Shown here in pieces: positions 53,212-62,900 of a stretch of DNA of 64,000 bases (positions within the stretch are counted from its first letter, which is position 1; every line of letters starts with the position of its first letter). The notes under the pieces were generated by a model. The model was given only the letters and a program-made list of their open reading frames with translations, had not been told where the DNA came from and searched no databases. The translations under genes were made by a program, and so were the position numbers. The stretch is from Bacteriovoracia bacterium (GTDB taxonomy: Bacteria; Bdellovibrionota; UBA1018; CAIPTA01), in the NCBI GenBank assembly GCA_050246755.1, contig JBFWVL010000001.1, positions 1,504,001 through 1,568,000 on the forward strand, in the 5' to 3' direction.

Positions 53212-54299
53212 TGGCCTGATACCCAACGCTACCAGGGAGCCTTGAAGATACTCCGCGTCGGTTAGGCTGTGAACTTAGCGGCAAATTCATTCGGGGTTAG
53301 GTTCCCGAGTGAACTATGCGGCCGATCGCAGTTGTATTCTTCTCGCCACTCTTCGATTCGAACTTTAGCTTCCTGCAAATTTACAATCCATTGGCCGCGC
53401 AAGCATTCATCTCGAAACCTTCCGTTGAACGATTCGACGAACGCATTTTCTACTGGGTTTCCTGGGCGGATAAAATCTAGCTTGATCTCGTTTTGATGGG
53501 TGAAACTGTCGAGGTCTCTGCCGGTAAATTCTGGACCATAGTACGTTATCGATCACGACGGATCTGGGCTTCGCATTTCGGGTAAAGATAATTTTTTCTA
53601 GCACCTGAGCTACGCGAAGACGCTGGCAGCGAAGTATCGACCTCAATCGCTAAGCGCTCCCTCGTAAAATCATCCACGATGTTTAAGCAGCGAAATCTTC
53701 TTCCCGTAGGCCCGAGCTGATCGGACATGAAATTCATCGACCAGCGTTGGTTCGGGCCTTCGGGTGGTGCAATTGGCACTCGAGCCACAGAAACAAGCCG
53801 CTTTCGCTTTCTTACCTTTGAGAGAGAGTTTTTCCTCTCGGTAAATACGGTACACGAGCTTTCTGTTCGATTGAAAGCCATCTCGCCATAGTAGCACATG
53901 CGCCGTACCGCCTCCGATATTCCGCAAGCTCCTTGAGCCTTTTGCGAAGCCCCGGCGGTTCGCTCAAATTTCGCTGGCGGCGAAATGTGGAGCGCTCGAT
54001 CGACACAATTTTGTAGGCTCGGCGCTCCGTAATCTCGTGGGCGCGGATCGCGTGGCTAGTGGCCTCGAGAGCACGCAACTTCTTTACGTCGCCTAGCTCG
54101 AGGCCGCCGAGTTTTTTCTTCCAGTTGTAGATCGTGCCATGGCTTACGCCGTGCTTTCTCGAAACGTCTTTGATCGGCACGCCGCTATCGAGCTCGGCTA
54201 AAGCTTTTAGTTTTTGCTGTCTCCATGGCCCGTTCCGGAACCGTTTATGATGCGGAGCGACTTCAAGGGAAAAATGAAGGCGTTTCGGGTGTCAGGTCA
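53212..54299 (-). mobile_element. Degenerate IS3-family insertion sequence (IS407-group-like)
   Basis: Imperfect IRs TGGCCTGATACCC (53212) and TGACCTGACACCC (reverse complement, ending 54299). orfA remnant KHGVSHGTIYNWKKK; integrase remnants [38 protein letters not shown]. Confidence 0.88.
53260..54230 (-). pseudogene. IS3 transposase orfAB, frameshifted and internally deleted
   Basis: Transposase motifs are spread over several frames. orfA is joined directly to orfB ([14 protein letters not shown]) without the leucine zipper/frameshift region; the WSMNF position normally carries the catalytic D. Confidence 0.85.
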
Positions 54300-54457
54300 A
54301 TTTGTAGCCGCCAATTGACTTGCCGTGTCGGCCCTTCCGCAACAGAAGCGGGAGGCGAAGATGGTGGGGCGGCTGGTAGCCGCGAGCCGAGGGATGGGCG
54401 AGACTGTGCGAGCAGTGTGGAATCAAGCTAACGCCCAACAATTTGGACCGGTAAAAT

Positions 54458-54487
54458 TTGCCCGCGGGGAAAAAATGTACTTATAAT
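54458..54487 (+). promoter_or_regulatory. Sigma70-type promoter, probably leaderless
   Basis: TTGCCC-18 nt-TATAAT, ending 6 nt before ATG 54494; no Shine-Dalgarno. Confidence 0.6.
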
Positions 54488-54493
54488 TGAGTA

Positions 54494-54934
54494 ATGAGAT
54501 CTGTTTGCTTAGCGCTAAGTTTAATTTTCTGCTCACAAGTTGAAGCAACGACCATGGTGGAGAGCGCCGGTAGAGCCAACCTAGAGGCGGTTAATTCTTG
54601 CCAAGTTCGCGCAAAGTACCTGGGCACCCAGGTGGCGCGTGAGTCATACCTGCGCAAGGGCGTCGCTGGAAGCGTCGACTTTGTTTGGTGGAATTTGGAT
54701 ATTTTTAAGAGCGTTGGCGCAAACTGCCCGACCAACGGGAATACGAAGATTCGCATTCGTAGTGCAGATTTTTCCGGATCGATTAAGTCTCCGAGCATTC
54801 GTTATCCTCTGGAACTTTCCTCGCCAGAGTTGGATTCCGTCATTAGTGCACAACTGCGCTGGGTGGCGGGAAAAGACTCTTTACTGAATCGTGACTATCA
54901 AGAATGGATTCTGGTATCCGTTGATGTGGAATAA
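54494..54934 (+). CDS. Secreted hypothetical protein, coupled to the downstream metalloprotease
   Basis: Signal peptide (..SQVEA), beta-rich mature part with two Cys; overlaps the next start by 11 bp. Confidence 0.72.
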   Translation: MRSVCLALSLIFCSQVEATTMVESAGRANLEAVNSCQVRAKYLGTQVARESYLRKGVAGSVDFVWWNLDIFKSVGANCPTNGNTKIRIRSADFSGSIKSPSIRYPLELSSPELDSVISAQLRWVAGKDSLLNRDYQEWILVSVDVE

Positions 54935-56678
54935 GTTTTTTTTCATTTTATTTTTTTCGTTATTTGCGGCTAAAGAGGCGTCGGCGTTTATTTTTATAAA
55001 GTTCGGCAGCTATTCCCAAGGGGCGGTACCGGTCTCCATGGCGCCCATTTGGCCGACGGGAAGGGTTACCTTTTACGTCAATACCGACACGAGTGCCTAT
55101 GGCGGCAGTCTTACGGAAAAGGTGACGAGTGCCCAGTTTTTAGCCGCGTTCAATGCGGCGGCGGCTACGTGGAATAACCTCTGTAACTCCAAAATTACCG
55201 TCGTTACGGGGGGCACCACCACGAGTGTTCGCAATGCTTCCGATTTAGTGAATACTGTTTCCTACGACAACCGCACGACCGCAGGTGGCAACGCGTTTGC
55301 CAGTTCTAGTATGGTGGCCTGGGCAGTTCCTACTTTGTCCATGGTGTCCGGAAATTACCAATGGACCGACTGCGATATCCAGGTAAACGGTGAAATGGCG
55401 TATACGCTGGGAACTTCAGGCACTACGGACCTCGATCTCCAGAGTATTTTCACCCACGAGATTGGGCATTGCCTCGGGCTCGATCATACCTACGGTACGA
55501 ACTACAACAGCGCCACTTACTGGACGACTAATTCCACCTTGTTGAATTCCGTGATGCGGGGAAGTAGCACCCTGCAGTCTATAGAACAGCGAACGTTGAG
55601 CCAAGATGATATCGATGGGATGCAATGCCTGTATCCGAGCAGCGGAACCTATAGATACGGTTCCTATTGCAGCAGTTATCATGGCACTAACGGCGGCGCG
55701 GCCATCAGCGGCTTGGTGAACGGCGGGGCAGCCTCCACTCGATCCTGCGGCAGCGGAATGAATTCGGGGTTTACTACGAATGGAGAAACGGGCGGAGGTT
55801 GTATTTCTTCGGCGATCGCGGAGGACGGATCGGGACGGACGCCGACTACCGACACGGGCTTGATTTTTGCGCTTTTATTCCCGTTAGTGATATGGGTGTT
55901 CCGGAAGTTTCGAGCTTGGGCGGGCGCATTTTTCGCCGTCGGCTTCTTCTTTGTCCATCCGGCCATGGCCGCGGTAGAAATTGGCTACGACTATTTCAAA
56001 TCCAGCCCGTCGTTGGTGAACCGGGCTACTTCCATTTCTTCGGGCGACGGAAGCTTTAGTTACACTGGATCCACCTCAAAAAAAACGAAGTACAGCTCCC
56101 TGAATGCTTTCTATGGTGCTATTTCTATGGAAAGCGCAGATTCGTCGACGGGGCTTTACTATAGAAGCAATGTTGCCCAGACAGTTTCCCTGCAGGGGTA
56201 TGATTTAGCTAATACTCTGCAGCTCACGAAGGTGAGCAAGCTAGAAGGCTGGAGCGCGGGTGTTGCGAGTAGATGGTATCTCAACTTTTCAGTCGATCCT
56301 TCTGGCGCAGAAGGACGTTCCACCAAATTTTTTTTTGAACTACAGCTAGGCATTGGCCAATCAAACTTTTCGCAAACGATAACCAATAGTAATGGGTTTG
56401 GGGCGGGCAATGGCGACAGTAGTGTTAGCGCCGCGGCTTGGGTTTTAGAAACCAATGCTTTTTTGGGAACGCGCATACCCATTTGGGAACTTCTCGACGC
56501 CGCGCTAAAGGTGGGCTATGCCCGACAGCGCTCTACGGCCTACGTGGTGAGTAGTGCGAGTGGAACGCGATTTTCTGGTGTGAATCCGGGGGAGCGGTTG
56601 TCGTTGCAGGAAGGCCAGGACGCTCGTTTGAGTCGGGGTGGGCTCGGGGGAACGGTTTCGCTGGTGGCTGTATTCTAG
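54924..56678 (+). CDS. Matrixin-type metzincin fused via GGGC/TM and an internal signal peptide to an outer-membrane beta-barrel
   Basis: Signal peptide ..KEASA; HEIGHCLGLDH, Met-turn SVM, LSQDDIDG; GGGCIS; TM + RKFR; second h-region ending HPAMA/A; alternating beta strands ending in F. Confidence 0.82.
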   Translation: MWNKFFFILFFSLFAAKEASAFIFIKFGSYSQGAVPVSMAPIWPTGRVTFYVNTDTSAYGGSLTEKVTSAQFLAAFNAAAATWNNLCNSKITVVTGGTTTSVRNASDLVNTVSYDNRTTAGGNAFASSSMVAWAVPTLSMVSGNYQWTDCDIQVNGEMAYTLGTSGTTDLDLQSIFTHEIGHCLGLDHTYGTNYNSATYWTTNSTLLNSVMRGSSTLQSIEQRTLSQDDIDGMQCLYPSSGTYRYGSYCSSYHGTNGGAAISGLVNGGAASTRSCGSGMNSGFTTNGETGGGCISSAIAEDGSGRTPTTDTGLIFALLFPLVIWVFRKFRAWAGAFFAVGFFFVHPAMAAVEIGYDYFKSSPSLVNRATSISSGDGSFSYTGSTSKKTKYSSLNAFYGAISMESADSSTGLYYRSNVAQTVSLQGYDLANTLQLTKVSKLEGWSAGVASRWYLNFSVDPSGAEGRSTKFFFELQLGIGQSNFSQTITNSNGFGAGNGDSSVSAAAWVLETNAFLGTRIPIWELLDAALKVGYARQRSTAYVVSSASGTRFSGVNPGERLSLQEGQDARLSRGGLGGTVSLVAVF

Positions 56679-56958
56679 GTAAAATTTCGCCTCATCAGGA
56701 ATCAAAATCACTGTTCTCTGAGAAAGCCGCACATTAGAGGGGCCGCTGATATTGCGCGCCTTCTTTGGTTTTCCCGTTCTGCAATTATCTTTAATGACAA
56801 CGCCTTATATTGAAAGCGAGAGATATGTTCGTTATACGGTCAACAAAATGGAGAACATAGCACGCTCTCAATTTGTTCTTTGGCGTCCACCATACTTCTC
56901 CACTTCCCCAAATCCATCGTCATCGCCGCCGCGAATGCTGGAGCATTCGAAATAGAAA

Positions 56959-59900
56959 CTAGTCACTCGTCATCGACTGCATCTGCGCGGCGCTGAGCGC
57001 GCGCGCGCGGTAGGTAAACTTCCTTAAATGTCCATTCAGCTGCTTCGTGAAGGAGCCGCTGCGTCCGCTCGTGCCGATTGCGAAGGAGCGCAGAGTTGGT
57101 TTCGAGGCGCTGCCGCTGAGAGTGGCCGCCGTTCCATTCACTACGGTTCTCAGTTCGCCCGCCGCGCTTTGGCTGAATGCGGCTTGCACGGTTACGCCGT
57201 TGAGGTCGGCGGCATTGGCGTAGGAAGAACTGGCCACGTTCGCGGAGGAAACATCGGCGTTTCCGTTGAAGGTATTGGCAATGGTGGAGAAGTTCGCCTC
57301 GAAGTGATCGGCCGCGCAGGTGGCGCCCGAAGTATTGTCGCAAGCGGAGAAGAGCGTGGGTGTGGCCGCGATCGAGTTCGGCTCATAGCTGGTGCGGCTA
57401 AAATCGAGGATCGCCGTCCAGGCAGAGGGATTGAACCAGTTAGAGAAATTATCCACGGAAATTCCCTCAGCGGCGCGGGTGGCGGTGGTGCCAGCGGTGG
57501 GAATATAGCTCGTAGCAATCGAACCGGCTTCGAGCTGGGCGCCCCAGAGGTAGATGGCACCTAAAGTATCCGCCGCGGAATTTGCCGGGTATACGGCCAC
57601 GGTGGCGAGCCCGGCGTCGGAAGCGTTGGTGGTGAAATTGAGGTGAACGCGGTACCAACCATTGCCCACGGATTCCGCGGTGCCGGCCGAAACGCTCGGC
57701 ACCCCGGCACTCCAGGTGAGGGTAGAAATTTTTCCGGCATTGCCGCTATTGGCGGCGGTGAGCTCGATGAGGGACTGGGAAGAGCTTGCGTTCTTCACGA
57801 AGAAGCTGAGGGTATAGGCCGTGCTCGCTTGCAGCGAAACCGTTTGCGCCACGTGATCGGCGTTCGCGAGGCTGCTCGAAGCGGAAGTGATGGCTTCGGC
57901 ATCAACGCTGCCATCCGGAGAGGTGGTGGTATCGGCAGTTACGCTCACGTTATTGGCCACCCAGGTGGTATCGAAGGCCATCGATCTCACCAAAAGATTG
58001 GTGCGGGATTCTTCGATCAAGAGCCCGCGCGCGGCGCAGGTGCCGGCGCAAGAGGCGGGGTTATGATCGAAGCGCGGAGTGCCCGAAGCGGCGGTTTGCA
58101 TCACGCCGGCGGCGTTGAAATAGGTGGCGGTGCTAGCGCGCGAGAAGGTGAGGCCGCTCGGGAGCGTGCCGTCCAGGAAGTTGAAGTAGAGCACGGCGTC
58201 CTGGATGGTCACGGCGGCGGTAGCGGTGCCGAGGGTGGCGTTCGCTGGATTGGAAATTGTCACGGAGAAATCTTCGTCGGGCTCATCGTCGCCGTCGTCG
58301 GCGGTGGTGACGGAGACCGTGGTGGTAAGAGAGCCGGCGGTGATCGTGGCGGTTCCGGAAACAGCGGTGAAGTCGGTGCCCGCGGAGGCCGTGCCATCCA
58401 CGGTGGTATAGTCTACCGTCACGTCGGAAGAAGAGGCGTGGTTCAAGGTGAGCGTGAAGCCGGCGTTGGCTCCTTCCGTGACGGTGGAGCTATCGGCCGT
58501 GAGAGTGACCGTGGGCGTGGAGTCGGTATTCATGATGGTTCCCGTGGCGGTATTCATGGTGGAGTTCGCGGTCATGCTGAGCGTGAAGGTGAGGTTTCCG
58601 GTATGAGTTCCATCGCTCAGGCTCGTTACGCTCACGGTTTTCGAGGTTTCTCCGGCGGCGTAGGTAAGGGTCCCTGATTTCGCCGTATAGTTCGTACCGG
58701 AAATCGCCGTACCGTTCGAGGTAGCGTAGGTGACGGATGTGGACGAATCGGCGGCGCGGTTCAGCGTTACGGTGAAGGTAAGGTTCGAGCCTTCGCTCGC
58801 GGAAACGTTGCTGGCACTGGCCGTGGGTGCGGCTTCAGTATTCACGATGGTGCCGGTAGCCGTATTCGTAGTGGAGTTCGCCGTCATGCTCAGCGTGAAC
58901 GTGAGGTTCGAGGTGTAAGTTCCATCGGCGAGGCTCGAGACAGTTACCGTCTTCGAGGTCTCTCCCGCGGCGAAGGTGAGAGTGCCCGAAGCCGAAGTAT
59001 AGTTGGTGCCGGAGGCGGCCGTTCCATTCGAAGTGGCGTAGGTGACAGAAGTAGAGGAAGCGGAAGCGCGGTTCAGGTTTACCGTGAAGGTGAGGTCAGA
59101 GCCTTCATTCGCGGAAACGTTGCCCGCGGTAGCCACGGGGGCGGTGTCCGTGTTCGTCACGGTTCCGGTGGCGGTATTCGTAGTAGAATTTGCCGTCAGA
59201 CTCAGAGTGAAAGTAAGGTTCGAAGTATAGGTAGAATCGGCGAGGCTGGAAACCGTTACGGTTTTGGATGTTTCTCCGGCGGCGAACGTGAGGGTTCCGG
59301 AGGCGGCGGTATAGTTTGTTCCCGCTACGGCCGTGCCATTGCTCGTGGCGTAGGTCACGGAGGTAGAGGTGGACGAGGCCCGCGTGAGATTTACGGTGAA
59401 GGTGAGGTCGGAGCCTTCGTTGGCGGAGACGTTGCTGGCGCTCGCCGTGGGGGCAGCGTTCGCGTTTACCACAGTGCCGACCGCGGTGTTCGTAACCGAG
59501 TTCGCGGTGAGGTTCAGGTTGAACGTAAGGTTCGGAGTATAGACACCATCGTCGATGCTCGTGACGTTCACGGTTTTGGAGGTTTCGCCCGCGGCGAAGG
59601 TGAGCGTTCCCGAAGTGGCGCTATAATTCGTTCCGGCGAAGGCGCTATCGCCGACGGTGGCGTACGTTACCGAAGTAGAAGTGGAAGAGGCGCGGCTCAG
59701 GTTCACCGTGAAAGATAGCGTGGCTCCCTCGTTCGCCGAAACGTTGCTGGCGGAAGCGGTGGGCGCGGCGTCGACGTTTACCACCGTGCCGGTGGCGGTA
59801 TTTGTCGTCCCATTAGCCGTGAGGCTTAAGGTGAAATTTAGGTCGGCGGTATACACTGAATCGTTCGCGCTCGAGATGCTCAGCGTTTTAGACGTTTCTC

Positions 59901-62900
59901 CCGCCGCAAAAGTAAGGGTACCAGTTGCGCCCGTATAGTTGGTGCCAGAGATGGCCGTGCCGTTCGAAGTGGCATAGCTCACCGAGGTAGAGGCGGAGGA
60001 AGGCCTCGTTAGATTCACCGTGAAAGTTAAGCTGGAGCCTTCGTTGGCGGACACATTGCTGGCGCTGGCGGTGGGGGCCGCATCGGTGTTCACGATGGTT
60101 CCCGTGGCGGTATTCGTGACGGAATTCGCGGTTACGCTCAGGATGGCCGTGAGGTTGGGGGTATAGGTCCCATCGTTCGCGGTGGAAATATTCAGCGTTT
60201 TCGAGGTTTCTCCTGCCGCGAAGGTGAGGGTTCCGGAGGCGGCAGTATAGTTTATTCCAGAGGCAGCCGTGCCGTTCGAGGTGGCGTAGGTTACCGAGGT
60301 GGAAGTATTGGAGGGGCGATTCAACTCTACGGTGAAAGTGAGGTTGGATCCTTCATTGGCAAATACGTCGCCCGCGCTAGCCGTGGGCGCAGCGTCAGTA
60401 TTGGTGATGGTTCCGACGGCCGCATTCGTGACCGAGTTCGCGATAAGGTTTAAGTTGAACGTAAGGTTCGGCGTATACGTTCCGTCGGCGAGGCTGGTAA
60501 TAGTAACGGTCTTGGAAGTTTCACCTGCCGCGTACGTGAGCGTTCCCGATTTCGCGGTGTAGTTAGTGCCGGCGAAAGCCGTATTGCCAACGGTGGCGTA
60601 GGTTACCGTGGTGGAGGTGGCGGAAGCTCTGTCTAGAGTGACCGTGAAGGTAAGGTCGGATCCCTCGTTGGCGGAAACGTTGCTGGCATTGGCGGTGGGC
60701 GCCGCATCGGTGTTCACGATCGTGCCCGTGGCCGTATTGGTCACAGAGTTCGCCGTCATGCTTAGGGTGAAATTTAAGTCGGCAGTATAAATGGAATCGC
60801 CGGCGCTGCTCACCGTGACGGTTTTGGTCGTTTCCCCTGCGGCGAACGTCAATGTTCCGGAGGCCGCCGTATAGTTGGTGCCGGCGGCGGCAGTTCCGTC
60901 CGAAGTGGCGTAGGTTACTGAAGTAGAAGATGCCGAAGCTCTATTCAGGGTAACGGTGAAGGACAAGCTCGATCCTTCGTTCGCAGATACGTTACCCGCC
61001 GTGGCGGTGGGTGCAGCGTTGGTATTCACCACGGTGCCGGTGGTGGTGTGGGTGACGGAATTGGCCGTTAGGCTCAGCGTGAAGGTAAGGTTGCCCGTGT
61101 GTACTCCATCATTTTGGCTGGCGACAGATACCGTTTTCGAAGTTTCTCCCGCGGCGAAGGTAAGCGTGCCCGAAGCGGCGCTATAGTTTGTGCCTTCTAC
61201 TGCCGTGCCGTCGCTGGTGGCGTAAGTGACCGAAGTGGCCGCCGAAGAGGGTCGGTCCAAGTTTACGGTGAAGGAAAGATTCGATCCTTCGTTCGCCGAG
61301 ACGTTACTCGCCGTGGCTTCGGGCGCCGCGGCGGTATTTACGATCGTACCGGTGGCCGTATTGGTGGTGGCGTTGGCCGTCATGCTCAGCGTGAAGGTAA
61401 GGTTCGGAGTATAGGTGCCGTCGTTTGCGGAAGGAACGGTCACCGTTTTGGACGTTTGCCCCGCGGTAAAAGTTAGGGTTCCCGAGGTGGACGTATAATT
61501 CGTTCCGTTGGCGGCAGTTCCGTCGCTGGTGGCGTAGGTAACGGAGGTGGAAGTCGCAGAAGGGCGGTTCAGATTCACGGTGAACACTAAATTCGAACCT
61601 TCGTTGGCAGACACATTGCTCGCGCTCGCCGTGGGAGCGGCTTCTGTGTTCACCACGGTACCCGTGGCCGTATTCGTGGTGGAATTTGCCGTCAGGCTGA
61701 GGGTGAACGAAAGGTTGGCCGTATAAGTCGTATCCGCCAAAGAGCTTACCGTCAGCGTCTTCGAGGTTTCGCCAGCGGCGAAAGTAAGAGTTCCCGACTT
61801 AGCAGTGTAGTTGGTGCCATCGATCGCGGTCCCGTCGGAGGTGGAGTAGGTGACGGAAGTAGAAGAAGCGGATGCTCGGTTCAAGCTCACCGTGAAGGTC
61901 AGGTCAGATCCTTCATTGGCAGACACATTGCTCGCGGTGGCCACGGGGGCGGCGTTCATATTCACGATCGTGCCGGTAGCCGTATGGGTTACGGAGTTGG
62001 CGGTCATGCTGAGTGTGAACGTGAGATCTGCGGTATGCACGCTATCATTTTGGCTGGAGATGGTGACTGTTTTAGAAGTCTCTCCGGCGGCGAACGTTAA
62101 CGTTCCGGAAGAGGCCGTATAGTTGGTGCCGGAAATCGCGGTGCCATTCGAGGTGGCGTAGGTAACGGAAGTGGAAACCGAAGCCGGTCTATCTAGGCTC
62201 ACCGTAAACGACAAGTCGGATCCCTCATTGGCGGATACGTTGCTCGCCGTGGCTTCGGGTAAGGCATCCGTATTCACCACCGTGCCGGTGGCCGTATTGG
62301 TTACGGAATTCGCGGTGAGGCTTAGCGTGAAGGTAAGATTTGAAGTATATGTGCCATCGTTCGCGGAAGGAACGGTTACGGTTTTCGAGGTTTGGCCCGC
62401 CGTAAACGTGAGGGTTCCCGAAGTGTTCGTGTAGTTAGTACCCGCCACCGCCGTGCCGTTACTGGTGGCGTAGGTGACGGTAGTGGAAGCGGAAGACGCT
62501 CGAGATAGATTCACTGTGAATACTAAGCTGGATCCTTCGTTGGCGGAAACGTTGCTGGCGGAAGCCGTGGGAGCAGCATCGGTGTTTACGATGGTTCCGG
62601 TGGCGGTATTCGCGGTGGAGTTGGCGGTGAGGCTCAGCGTGAAGGTGAGGCTTGGCGTGTAGGTGGAATCGGCGGCACTGTTCACGGTGATCGTTTTCGA
62701 GGTCTCTCCTGCGGCGAAGGTGAGAGTGCCCGAGGCCGAAGTATAGTTCGTTCCATCCACGGCGCTCACGTCGGTGGTCGCGTAGGTTACCGAAGTAGAG
62801 GTAGAGGATGCACGGGTCAAGTTCACCGTGAAGACTAAATTCGATCCTTCATTCGCGGAAATGTCGCTGGCGCTAGCCGTGGGCGCGGCGTTGGTATTTA

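Noticed and set aside
53212-54299. Active IS with a programmed frameshift
   Set aside because: Multiple frameshifts, a lost orfA start and an internal deletion indicate decay.
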